From the NCBI GenBank assembly GCA_963977015.1, contig CAXBMO010000011.1:64001-128000 (forward strand): a stretch of DNA of 64,000 nucleotides. The letters run 5' to 3'. Below are positions 18,428 to 27,825 of the stretch, in pieces. Each line of letters begins with the position of its first letter. Within the stretch, counting starts at the first letter, position 1. This DNA comes from an uncultured bacterium. Its GTDB lineage: Bacteria; Verrucomicrobiota; Verrucomicrobiia; Verrucomicrobiales; DEV007. The position numbers and the translations under genes were made by a program. The notes under the pieces are model-generated. The model made no database searches. It worked only from the letters and a program-made list of their open reading frames with translations, and had not been told where the DNA came from.

Positions 18428-20113
18428 ATGTCCCTGATCCCTCTCCTCACGAAAATCGCCCTCGAATCTGGCTGCCCGGATCGTCACCGTTGTGAGGAGA
18501 CGTTGCAGACGGCTCAGTCGCGGCAAGCTTCGCTGGTGGAGGCCTTGGTGGAGGCCGATCTGGTTGAGGAAACCGCTTTCGCCCAGAACCTGGCCAAAGC
18601 CACGGGGCTGGAGTTCCTCGCCGAAAGCGAGTTGGATCTGAGCCAGCCGCTTCACAACAAGTTCCCCGCGAAGTTGGCGCTGCGGCACCGCATTCTTCCC
18701 GGCCGGATGAACGGGACCGATGTTTGTCTGCTCACCTACGATCCGTTCGATCTGGAGGCGAAACAGGCGGTCGGCCAGGAACTGAGCAAAAACGTGACCT
18801 GGGCGATGACGACGCGCTACCAGGTCCTGGAGTCGCTCCGAATCGGCTATGGCGTCGGGGCGGAGGATTTCGATGAAATGATCGAGGGCCGCGAGGAAGT
18901 CGAGGACGATGAAATGAAGCAGGAGGTCAGCATTCTCGACGAAGAGGATGAGGAGGCCAGCGTCATGAAATTCGTGAATCAGGTTTTTCGCGAAGCGCTC
19001 AAGGAACGGGCCACCGATATTCACGTTGAGCCGCTCGAGGAAGGGCTGCGCATTCGCTATCGCATCGATGGATCGCTTCAGGAAGTCACCGTGCCACCGA
19101 ATATCCGCGTTCTGCAAAGTTCGCTCATTTCCCGCCTCAAAATCATGGCACAGTTGGATATCGCCGAGCGTCGCCTGCCGCAGGATGGCCGGATCAACCT
19201 GATTCTCGATGGCGATCCCATTGACGTTCGGGTTGCGACGATTCCCAGCGTGAATGGCGAAAGCGTCAGCCTGCGTCTGCTCTCGCGCCAGAAGTTCGAT
19301 TTTTCGATGCTCGGCTTGGATCAAAAAGCCGAAGCCACGATTCGCGAATTGTTGGCTGCTCCCAACGGGATCATTCTCGTGACCGGGCCAACCGGTTCCG
19401 GAAAATCGACCACGCTCTACACCTTTCTTCGCCAGCTCAATACCAAGGATCGCCGGATCGTCACAATCGAGGATCCGGTCGAGAACAAGCTGGATGGCGT
19501 CGTCCAGATTGCGGTGAAACCCGAGATCGATCTCACGTTTGCCGTCGGTCTCCGCTCCATTTTGCGGGGGGATCCGAACGTCATCATGGTCGGGGAAATG
19601 CGGGACCTGGAAACGACGGAAATTGCGGTGCGCGGCGCCCTGACCGGTCACCTCGTTTTCAGCACGCTCCACACGAATGACGCCGTTGGTGGCATTTCGC
19701 GACTGCTCGACATGGGGGTTGAACCCTTCCTCATCGCGTCCTCGGTGCGGGCCTTTCTGGCGCAACGCCTCGTTCGCACCCTGTGCGATCATTGCAAGGA
19801 ACCCGCGAGCTTTGAAGACTCCTACCTCAGCAGTATTGGCTTTCCCCTGGAGTGGAAGGACCAGATCAAGCAGGCCAAAGGCTGCCGTGCCTGCCGCGAT
19901 ACCGGATTTCGCGGGCGAATGGCCATTCTCGAGATTTGTCGCGTGACGCCAGCCCTGCAGGAGCTCATCACGCAGAATCGTCCCAACGCCGAATTGAAGA
20001 ATCAAGCCATTAAGGACGGGATGACTCAGTTGCGGCCCTACGGCTGGATGAAAGTCGCCGAGGGACGCACCACGATTGAAGAAGTGATCACAAACACGGC
20101 GGAAGCGGGGTAA
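18428..20113 (+). CDS. gspE: GspE/PilB family secretion ATPase
   Basis: Motifs ATDIHVEP, LDIAERRLPQDG, Walker A GPTGSGKSTT, TIEDPVE, GEMRD, TGHLVFSTLHTN and a CxxC...CxxC zinc motif. Confidence 0.93.
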   Translation: MSLIPLLTKIALESGCPDRHRCEETLQTAQSRQASLVEALVEADLVEETAFAQNLAKATGLEFLAESELDLSQPLHNKFPAKLALRHRILPGRMNGTDVCLLTYDPFDLEAKQAVGQELSKNVTWAMTTRYQVLESLRIGYGVGAEDFDEMIEGREEVEDDEMKQEVSILDEEDEEASVMKFVNQVFREALKERATDIHVEPLEEGLRIRYRIDGSLQEVTVPPNIRVLQSSLISRLKIMAQLDIAERRLPQDGRINLILDGDPIDVRVATIPSVNGESVSLRLLSRQKFDFSMLGLDQKAEATIRELLAAPNGIILVTGPTGSGKSTTLYTFLRQLNTKDRRIVTIEDPVENKLDGVVQIAVKPEIDLTFAVGLRSILRGDPNVIMVGEMRDLETTEIAVRGALTGHLVFSTLHTNDAVGGISRLLDMGVEPFLIASSVRAFLAQRLVRTLCDHCKEPASFEDSYLSSIGFPLEWKDQIKQAKGCRACRDTGFRGRMAILEICRVTPALQELITQNRPNAELKNQAIKDGMTQLRPYGWMKVAEGRTTIEEVITNTAEAG

Positions 20114-20188
20114 CCCGCGACAAAAGGCGCATACTTCCCGAGCTTTCGAGCTTGCCTTCCCGCGATCCCTTCGCTTGGCTGGCACCTG

Positions 20189-21346
20189 ATGGCCCCCATG
20201 TCAGGAACTCGCAAAAAAGTGGTTGTTCTCGGTTCGACCGGATCAATTGGAGATAGCGCGTGCAAAGTCGCCCGCGACATTCCGGATCGGATGGAGTTGG
20301 TGGGCCTTGCCGCCCATCGTTCGGTCGAAAAAATCAACGCGCAGGCGCGGGAATTTGGCGTGGATCACGTTGCTCTCGTCGATGAGTCGCTCGCTTCGCA
20401 GATTGAGGCGTCCCATCCCCATTCGGGAGAGGAAGGCTTGGTCGAACTCGCGACGTTGCCGGAAGCGGATCTCGTCCTGATCGCGATTGTCGGGACCGGC
20501 GGATTGCGTCCGGCTCTCGCCGCGCTCGAAGCGGGCAAAGACATCGCGGTCGCGAGCAAAGAGATTCTCGTGATGGCGGGCGAAGCCGTGATGGAAGCCG
20601 CCAAGCGCAACGGTTGCCGCGTTCTTCCCGTTGATAGCGAGCACAACGCCATTTTTCAGTGTCTCGAAGACCGCAAGCCGGAAGATGTTCGCCGTATCAT
20701 CCTCACCGCATCGGGCGGCCCGTTTCGGCAAACCTCAGCCGCGGATTTGGCTGCGGTTACCGTGGAGCAGGCGCTCAACCATCCCACCTGGGAAATGGGG
20801 CCCAAAATCACGATCGATTCGGCGACGCTCTTCAACAAAGGGCTCGAGATGATCGAGGCGCGTTGGCTCTTCGATGTCGAAATGGATCGCGTCGACGTCA
20901 TCGTCCATCCCCAGAGCATCGTTCACTCCATGGTCGAATTCATCGATCACTCGATCCTCGCGCAATTGAGCTACAGCGACATGTGTTTCCCGATCCAATA
21001 CGCAGTCACCTGGCCCGACCGCGTTCCCAATTCTCTCGACCCGCTCGATTTCGCGAAACTGGCCAAGCTGGATTTTGAAGCTCCCCGGTTCGAGGACTTT
21101 CCCGCCCTCGGCTTGGCGCGCCAGGCAGGCGAAGAAGGCGGCACGCTCCCCGCCGTCATGAACGCCGCCAACGAAATCGCCGTCGCACGCTTTCTCGACG
21201 GCAAATCGGCCTTCCCCGCGATCTGGGAAACCGTCGGAGCGGTCATGGACGCCCACGAAAACGTCGAGCACCCGACTCTGAAGCAAATCCTCGAAGCCGA
21301 TCGGTGGGCGCGAGAGCAGGCGACCGATTTTCCACCTGGCACCTGA
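20189..21346 (+). CDS. dxr: 1-deoxy-D-xylulose-5-phosphate reductoisomerase
   Basis: Motifs LGSTGSIG, LPVDSEHNAIFQ, TASGGPF, HPTWEMGPKITIDSAT and NAANE. Start may be 20198. Confidence 0.97.
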   Translation: MAPMSGTRKKVVVLGSTGSIGDSACKVARDIPDRMELVGLAAHRSVEKINAQAREFGVDHVALVDESLASQIEASHPHSGEEGLVELATLPEADLVLIAIVGTGGLRPALAALEAGKDIAVASKEILVMAGEAVMEAAKRNGCRVLPVDSEHNAIFQCLEDRKPEDVRRIILTASGGPFRQTSAADLAAVTVEQALNHPTWEMGPKITIDSATLFNKGLEMIEARWLFDVEMDRVDVIVHPQSIVHSMVEFIDHSILAQLSYSDMCFPIQYAVTWPDRVPNSLDPLDFAKLAKLDFEAPRFEDFPALGLARQAGEEGGTLPAVMNAANEIAVARFLDGKSAFPAIWETVGAVMDAHENVEHPTLKQILEADRWAREQATDFPPGT

Positions 21347-21401
21347 CTCTTTACCGCAAAATTCTTAAGAAATTGTGGGGCGGGGCAAAGATGTTTTCTG
21401 C

Positions 21402-21637
21402 ATGAATAAACCTACAAAACCGCTTTCATTCGGCCTATTCGTTTTAGTCCTGCACTCTTTCGCTTTCGCAGGAGATTACCACGTGGCAACGGATAGCTCG
21501 GATCGGAACTCCGATTTGGAAGAGCAACCATTTCGACGATTGCCAAGAAATCGGAACCGCCAACACAGCCGGGTGACCGAATTGTTCTTCATCAAGGGCT
21601 CTATCTTCCAACTGCCCTACTAAATCTCAGTAGGTGA
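21402..21637 (+). pseudogene. Frameshifted N-terminal remnant of a secreted DUF1565 / right-handed beta-helix protein
   Basis: Signal peptide plus AGDYHVATDSSDRNSDLEEQPF. After a frameshift near 21535 it continues TIAKK...QPGDRIVLHQGLY and then stops. Confidence 0.6.
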
Positions 21638-21902
21638 GGAACGTAGGGGCAGACCTTTGGGTTGATGGATGCAAAAGGGTAGGCTGTGACTAAAGTGTTG
21701 GGAATTTTGAGCCGAATTGCGTTTGATGGCAAACGATAGGCAGACTATTCAGGTAGTAGAAACGTAATCTTTTCGGCCCATAAAATACATTGCGGTTATA
21801 AATCGAGTTGAAAAATTTCCAATTTTCGACAAACTTGTAAAGATTTGCAAACTGGGCCAGACAGATATGCCGCTACAAAGGTTAGTAAGTCATGAACTCC
21901 CA

Positions 21903-22385
21903 ATGAATCCCTTAATCTATCGGACCAACGTCGAGACACTCTCAGAGAACAAGTCTGACGCAATTTTTCATAATCGCAGCGCATTTCACGCGGAAATCGT
22001 GTATGAAGCTCTGTTTGATTACGCTAAAAGCTCCATAAATATTTTTTGCGAATCACTCGATGATCGCGTTTTTGGATCCGATCGGGTTTTGAAGGCGACA
22101 ACTCGTGCAATCCAACGCAGTGTGCGAATCTCCGTCATATATCAGGATCGATCTGCGGAAGATTCGCGTTTTTTTAAGAAATTCAACAATTACAATGGTT
22201 TGCATAAGGTCTCTCTAAAGTTTGCACCAGAGCATCTGCGGGAACAGGCCGGGAATTTCGCAGTTGTTGACAGCCGTGCCTTTCGCCTAGAACCAGATAA
22301 GTCCACATGCGAGGCTTTTGTTTCGTTCAATCGACCGGCACTCGCCGAAGAACTCGAGCACTTCTTCAAAAAAAATCTAACCTAG
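21903..22385 (+). CDS. Hypothetical protein with a PLD-like fold pattern but no intact HKD motif
   Basis: AKSSINIF, VRISVIY, GNFAVVD.RAFR.E and SFN.P..A..L..F patterns; AT-rich codons. Start at 21903 or 21867. Confidence 0.6.
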   Translation: MNPLIYRTNVETLSENKSDAIFHNRSAFHAEIVYEALFDYAKSSINIFCESLDDRVFGSDRVLKATTRAIQRSVRISVIYQDRSAEDSRFFKKFNNYNGLHKVSLKFAPEHLREQAGNFAVVDSRAFRLEPDKSTCEAFVSFNRPALAEELEHFFKKNLT

Positions 22386-22389
22386 GAAC

Positions 22390-22938
22390 GTGCAGATGTT
22401 TGGGCTGGAGTTTGTGCCGCCGACATATGGCGGAGGAGGGTTCGTTGAGATTTCGGTAGGACTAAATGCAGCTCAGTTTGCGTGGTCCGGGTATAACAAA
22501 CGACTGCGAAGGGCGATCGCAAGGCACACCAGCTATCGCTCTGATATTGCACTCGATATGACTGCATATTTGCAGAGTAATGCAGTCAACCGCCTAACCA
22601 AGTTTCTTTTTTCGGTATACGGTTTTTGGGCGTTTCTTGCTCAGGGTTTCCACCAAATCATGTTTTGGTTGCTGAGGTGGATTGCTGCATTCAACGTCTT
22701 GTTGGGCCTTTTGCTTTTGTATTTTGGCATTGAATGGAAATATTGTTGGATACTTTTTGGCCCATCACTGATTTTGCCGATATTCGATTACTGTGGACAA
22801 CTTATCGTTGCGTTCTTCGCTTGGTGGTTTGCTTACGGCAATCTGCCTGATGATTTCAGGGAAAATTCCCAAGCGCTCGGAGTCATTGACACACTCAGAG
22901 ACCTTACAAGAGGCCTGGATGAGAATCAGCAATCATAG
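22390..22938 (+). CDS. Hypothetical multi-pass membrane protein
   Basis: Several hydrophobic segments; begins 4 nt after the previous stop; AT-rich. Confidence 0.65.
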   Translation: MQMFGLEFVPPTYGGGGFVEISVGLNAAQFAWSGYNKRLRRAIARHTSYRSDIALDMTAYLQSNAVNRLTKFLFSVYGFWAFLAQGFHQIMFWLLRWIAAFNVLLGLLLLYFGIEWKYCWILFGPSLILPIFDYCGQLIVAFFAWWFAYGNLPDDFRENSQALGVIDTLRDLTRGLDENQQS

Positions 22939-23098
22939 CAACTCCGCCGTTCCGACTCCTTAGGGGATATTTCTCAAGGTTCTTCTCAGCTGCGGTATTC
23001 CCAATGTTTCGAAGAGCGAGTTACTGCATTTTCACTAAAAAGCCGCCTTGTTCTACTACACTTGAACCCTTCGTAATCTGCCTCACAATGGTCGCCCC

Positions 23099-23551
23099 AT
23101 GGATGATGACCAAAATGCCCACCAGCAGTTTTCCACCTCCTGTTTCAACGGCGTTTGGGAGTTGCTCGAGAAGAAGGGTCGCTCCGAGGCGGATGACGAG
23201 ATGATGCGCGAGATGGCGCATGCGTCGCTGTTTCACTGGTTAAAGCGCGATGACTGCCGACCGCAGAATCTCTCGATCGGGTATTGGCAGCTTTCGCGGG
23301 TGTATGCGGCCTTGAGCAAAGCAGAGGCGGCTCGGGTTTACGGTGAGCGATGTCTCAAGGTCAGTGAGGATTTGCCACCGTTTTTCCTGGGGTATGCGCA
23401 CGAGGCGCTGGCGCGGGCCGCAAAAATCGGCGGAAAGGACGATGCATTCGCGGAACATCTCGCAACGGCGAAAACGCAGGCTGAGCAGGTCGAGAATGAG
23501 GAGGAACGTCAGCTTCTGGTGGCGGACTTGGCAGAGCTTGGCGAGAAGTGA
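23099..23551 (+). CDS. Conserved hypothetical helical protein
   Basis: FN.VW.LLEK..R...D..M...AHASLFHW...GYWQLSRVYA...YAHEALARA pattern; its end abuts uxaE. Confidence 0.75.
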   Translation: MDDDQNAHQQFSTSCFNGVWELLEKKGRSEADDEMMREMAHASLFHWLKRDDCRPQNLSIGYWQLSRVYAALSKAEAARVYGERCLKVSEDLPPFFLGYAHEALARAAKIGGKDDAFAEHLATAKTQAEQVENEEERQLLVADLAELGEK

Positions 23552-23553
23552 GG

Positions 23554-24813
23554 ATGACCACGATTGGATCTTACTCTTTCGGAATGGGGGACCGCTTTGC
23601 GCATCAGGGCGAAGCTCAGCTGCAAGCTTGCCTCAAGGCGAAGGCGGAACTGGGCATCGATATGGTGCCGGTGTGGAACAAGTCGCACCGGGAGCACACC
23701 ACAATCGGCTCGAAACCGGCTTCGACCCGTGCGGCTGCCGATGCCGCAGTGGCGGCGTTGGGCTGGGAGACGCCCTATTTTGTCGATGCCGATCACATCA
23801 ATTTCGACACGGCGAAGCTGTTTGCCGATTCGAGCGACTTCTTCACCATCGACGTCGCGGATGCGATTGGGGAAGCTGCGGACGCGCAAATGGTAAAGGC
23901 GTTTGTGAGCCGGCATCCGGAATTGGTCGGCTCGATTGAGATTGCGGGAATTGCCGAGCCGCTGGAGATCTCGCAAGACGATGTGACCCGAATCGCGAAC
24001 CAGTTTTTGCTCGCAGTGATGGATGCGGGCCGGATTTATCGCCAGATTGAGGCGCTGAAAGGGAAGGGGAACTTCGTGACGGAGGTGAGTATGGACGAGA
24101 CGGATTCTCCACAGACGCCGCCCGAACTTCTCGTGATCCTGGCGGCGATCGCGGATCAGGATATTCCGGTGCAGACGATTGCGCCGAAGTTTACGGGGCG
24201 GTTTAACAAAGGCGTGGATTATGTGGGCGATGTGGCCCGGTTCGAGCAGGAATTTCGCGCGGACCTGGCGGTGATTGCCCACGCCGTCGCGGCTTACGGC
24301 CTGCCGTCAAATTTGAAACTCAGCGTCCATTCCGGCAGTGACAAGTTCTCGATCTACGCGCCGATCCGTCGCGCGTTGAAGGATACCGGGGCTGGAATTC
24401 ACCTGAAGACGGCGGGAACGACCTGGCTCGAAGAGTTGATTGGTTTGGCTGAAGCGGGCGGAGCCGGTTTGGAGCTGGCGAAAGAGGTTTACCGCGAGGC
24501 GATGGCGAATCAGGAAGCGCTTTGTGCGCCCTATGCCTCCGTGATCGACATCGATCCGGCGCAGCTTCCATCAGCTGATGAGGTGGACGGCTGGAGTTCG
24601 GAGCAATATCAGAACGCGCTGCGTCACGATCCCGATTGCGCGGAGTTTAACCCGCATCTTCGGCAATTACTCCACGTCGGCTACAAGATTGCCGCGCAGA
24701 TGGGCGATCGGTATTTGAATCTGCTGGAGGAGTTCGCGCCAACCATTGCCAGGAACGTGACCGAGAACCTATTCGATCGTCACCTGGTCCGGCTGTTTGG
24801 CTCGGAAAGTTGA
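23554..24813 (+). CDS. uxaE: Tagaturonate/fructuronate epimerase (UxaE family)
   Basis: Motifs SFGMGDRF, DADHI, EVSMDET, F.KGVDY.GD, KLSVHSGSDKFSIY and HLKTAGTTWLEE. Confidence 0.9.
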   Translation: MTTIGSYSFGMGDRFAHQGEAQLQACLKAKAELGIDMVPVWNKSHREHTTIGSKPASTRAAADAAVAALGWETPYFVDADHINFDTAKLFADSSDFFTIDVADAIGEAADAQMVKAFVSRHPELVGSIEIAGIAEPLEISQDDVTRIANQFLLAVMDAGRIYRQIEALKGKGNFVTEVSMDETDSPQTPPELLVILAAIADQDIPVQTIAPKFTGRFNKGVDYVGDVARFEQEFRADLAVIAHAVAAYGLPSNLKLSVHSGSDKFSIYAPIRRALKDTGAGIHLKTAGTTWLEELIGLAEAGGAGLELAKEVYREAMANQEALCAPYASVIDIDPAQLPSADEVDGWSSEQYQNALRHDPDCAEFNPHLRQLLHVGYKIAAQMGDRYLNLLEEFAPTIARNVTENLFDRHLVRLFGSES

Positions 24814-24846
24814 TGATCTGGCGATGTCCTCGCTCAAGCGCAGGTG

Positions 24847-26043
24847 TCAACCGCGCAGGGCGGGGAGGGGAACGCTCTGGGCGAGGTGAGACGAACGGCT
24901 TTTGAGTTCCTCGAGAATCGGCGGAATCTGTTCCGTGGCAATCTCGTGAACTTCGAGAGCTTCCCCAATTCCGGTCACCATCGTGATGGTGAGGCGTCCG
25001 CCGAGGTGTTCGCGAAATTCCTCCAGGCCGCGTAGAATGGCGAGCTGATCTGCTTCGTGAGACTCCAAATCGCGGTCGTAGAGATGGAACCCGATGCGCT
25101 CAATCAGGTCGAGAATGCGGGCGCAGTCGGCTTCGCCGAGAAGACCGGTTCGGCGGGCATAAATCAGGTCGATCCCGATTCCAATGGCGACGGCTTCCCC
25201 GTGACCAACGCGGAATCCTGAAATTTGCTCGAGTTTGTGGGCGCTCCAATGGCCGAAATCGAGAGGGCGGGCGGATCCCAGTTCAAACGGATCGCCGCCC
25301 TTGGCGATGTGATTCATGTGAAGCTCGGCGCTGCGCCGAATCACCGCTTCGAGGGCGTCCTCTTCCAAATTGGCCAGTGCTTCCGCGTTTTCTTCAATGA
25401 ACTCGAAAAACGAGCGATCGCGGATGAGCGCCACCTTGATCGCCTCGATAATCCCGGCCCGACGCTGTGGCTTGGGGAGCGATTGGAGAAAGTTGACGTC
25501 GTTGATGATGGCAAATGGGACGGCGAACGCGCCAATCCAGTTTTTCTTCCCGAAGAAATTGACGCCGTTTTTGACGCCAACGCCTCCATCACCCTGGCTG
25601 AGCGTGGTGGTGGGGAAGCGAATATGTCGAACGCCGCGATGCGCTGTCGCGGCGGCAAAGCCGACCAAATCGAGAACCGCGCCTCCGCCAATCGCGATGA
25701 CGTAGGAGTGGCGGCAAATCTTGCCATCGTGGATCTCCTTCCAAATCTGCTCGACCAACGACCATTGGTTTTTGGAGGATTCGCCGCCGGGAAGGATGGT
25801 GGGCGAGGCGACGAGATCGAGCACATCCTGATGCTCTTGAAAGTAGGATTCGATCGAGGATACCAACTGCTGATTTCCGTGAAGCAGGCCGCGATCCACA
25901 AAAACGACGACTTTGGCGCGCGTTTGGCCCGGTTCGAGGGCGTCCGCGATCAGGTCGCGGAGGGTGTCGTTGCCTGGGGCGAACGCCATCCGGGTAAAGA
26001 TCGCGCGGTGTTCGTAATTCAGGGCGATGTTGCGGGAAATCAT
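24847..26043 (-). CDS. 3-dehydroquinate synthase-like sugar-phosphate cyclase (EboD-type)
   Basis: Motifs GGE.SKN, GGGAVLDLVG, PTTTLSQ.DGGVGVKN, PFELGSARPLDFGHWSAHKLE and HGEAVAIG; lies next to a UbiA gene. Confidence 0.88.
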   Translation of the reverse strand: MISRNIALNYEHRAIFTRMAFAPGNDTLRDLIADALEPGQTRAKVVVFVDRGLLHGNQQLVSSIESYFQEHQDVLDLVASPTILPGGESSKNQWSLVEQIWKEIHDGKICRHSYVIAIGGGAVLDLVGFAAATAHRGVRHIRFPTTTLSQGDGGVGVKNGVNFFGKKNWIGAFAVPFAIINDVNFLQSLPKPQRRAGIIEAIKVALIRDRSFFEFIEENAEALANLEEDALEAVIRRSAELHMNHIAKGGDPFELGSARPLDFGHWSAHKLEQISGFRVGHGEAVAIGIGIDLIYARRTGLLGEADCARILDLIERIGFHLYDRDLESHEADQLAILRGLEEFREHLGGRLTITMVTGIGEALEVHEIATEQIPPILEELKSRSSHLAQSVPLPALRG

Positions 26044-26202
26044 GCAGAGGCTGGGGTTGGGACCGCTGGAAAGTAGAAATGTTCGAGAAGCAGGTCCGTC
26101 CGTCAAGTTTACTGGTTATGAAGTCTTTTCCCAATCTAAGCTCGGTTTGGAATAAAAACGTCTGGAAAGTCGGGATGGGAGGCTCCCAACCTATCCTATT
26201 CG

Positions 26203-27084
26203 CTAGGTGGCCGGGATGTAACGCTGGGCGATGAGGTTGACGGCCAACAGGGAAAAACAGAAGAGTGAGGCGCTCGAGCTGACGGAAATGCAGGCCATGG
26301 CATCCACCAACACCATTCCTGCGAGCAGTTTGCCGACAAAGGCTCCGATCTTGCCCGGTTTCTCACGCAGCGTCTCGTAACTCATCGCCAGCCAGATCCC
26401 AAAAATCGCGACCGAAGCAATGAGCGGGTGAAGCCAGTCTCCCGCTTGAATCCAGACGAAGAGGCCGAGGGCGGCCGGCGCGGCAAGGAGAAGAAGCGCG
26501 ACCCTTTTGACCGATCCGCCGGTGTTTTCGCCCCGGGCTGCGAGCGTGATTCCAGCGACATAAATCAGGAGCGCACCCGCCCAGAGCCAGATGGTCGAGG
26601 AGCATTCAAGCCTGAAAATCGAGGCGGTGGTGAGAAAAAGCAGGGCGCGACAGGCTCCCATGATCCAAACCGAACCGCTCCACTTCTTGTGAAAGTGGTT
26701 GTAGAGCGTAATCGCCGTGAAAAGGGCCGCGATATAGATGATGTGAGCCCCGATCACGAGAAACAGCGTGATTCCGGCGATCAGGCAGGCGAGGCAGTAG
26801 ATCGATGCAGTGCGGAATCTGATCATCCCGCGAGGAATGGGGCGATCCTTGGCATGTTGGCGATCCCACTCCACATCCATGAGGTCGTTCTGCGCCATTC
26901 CGCCGATGTAAAACAGGCTTCCGGCGAGCATGGCGACGAAAAGCATGCCCTCCCATTGGCCTCCCGCGAGAAACCAGGCGGCCGTGATGTTGGCCCAGAC
27001 GGTGGGAAGGTTCGAAACTCGTCCGAGGATCAACAAGGCCCGAATCGTCTGCGGTTTTTGCTGGGGGGATCCGGTTTGATTCAT
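26203..27084 (-). CDS. UbiA family prenyltransferase (EboC-type)
   Basis: Motifs GRVSNLPTVW, YIGGM.QND..D...D......RPIPRG, YN..HK and MGACR; multi-TM. Confidence 0.88.
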   Translation of the reverse strand: MNQTGSPQQKPQTIRALLILGRVSNLPTVWANITAAWFLAGGQWEGMLFVAMLAGSLFYIGGMAQNDLMDVEWDRQHAKDRPIPRGMIRFRTASIYCLACLIAGITLFLVIGAHIIYIAALFTAITLYNHFHKKWSGSVWIMGACRALLFLTTASIFRLECSSTIWLWAGALLIYVAGITLAARGENTGGSVKRVALLLLAAPAALGLFVWIQAGDWLHPLIASVAIFGIWLAMSYETLREKPGKIGAFVGKLLAGMVLVDAMACISVSSSASLFCFSLLAVNLIAQRYIPAT

Positions 27085-27127
27085 GCCGAGCGAACGTGCC
27101 AAAGTCGAATTTTCGGGAAACAAGCTC

Positions 27128-27817
27128 CTAGAGGGCGTCCATTTTCCCGCGCAACCATCCCGGCAACGGATCCATCCCATAGGCTTTCTCTGCGAAGATC
27201 TCGTATTGCTTCTTCGCCTCAAGCGGTTGCTTTGAAGCCACATAAAGCTCCGCGAGTTGCAGATGGATGCTTGGCGCGGTGTTGGAAGTTCGCGCTTCCG
27301 CATTCAGCTGTTCGATCAATTGCGACGTCGTTCCGCTGAGTTTTGCCGCGGTGCAGGCGTAATGGATGCGAAGCGGAAACGGCGCGGTTTCCTCTTCGAT
27401 TCGGAACGTGGCGGGAGCTGGCTTGACGATCGCGTGGGTGGTCGATTCCAGATTGTAGGAGCCGGGAGGAAGCGGTTTTTCGAGAATCCAGACCGCCTCA
27501 AGGTGTTCACCGGGAGCGAGAGAGACAGGCGGCGTAAAAGCCAGGTTCCACTTGGCCTGGCTCGCTTCGCGCAATTTGGGAGCGACATCGATTGGAATGC
27601 GAACGCGCTTGTTTGAGACGTTCTGGACCTGAAGATGAGCCACGATCGGAATTCCCGAGCCAAACGAGGCATGGTCTTGCTCATTCACGAGCCAGACCGC
27701 GTCAAAGTCGCCGAACTCCGGAGCCACGGCGAGCGGATCGCAGTTGGGAACCGCAACGAGAACGGGAGAAACGAAGGCAAAAAGGCGGAAAAAAGCGGTC
27801 ATGGTTAACAGACTCAA
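27128..27817 (-). CDS. Hypothetical exported protein with a C-terminal TPR-like helix pair
   Basis: Hydrophobic N-terminus, Ig-like central pattern and HLQLAELY....Q..EA...Y. Confidence 0.55.
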   Translation of the reverse strand: MSLLTMTAFFRLFAFVSPVLVAVPNCDPLAVAPEFGDFDAVWLVNEQDHASFGSGIPIVAHLQVQNVSNKRVRIPIDVAPKLREASQAKWNLAFTPPVSLAPGEHLEAVWILEKPLPPGSYNLESTTHAIVKPAPATFRIEEETAPFPLRIHYACTAAKLSGTTSQLIEQLNAEARTSNTAPSIHLQLAELYVASKQPLEAKKQYEIFAEKAYGMDPLPGWLRGKMDAL

Positions 27818-27825
27818 AAACTCGA

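Noticed and set aside
16852-20185. Long minus-strand ORFs (483 and 590 aa)
   Set aside because: Shadows of the esterase and gspE genes.
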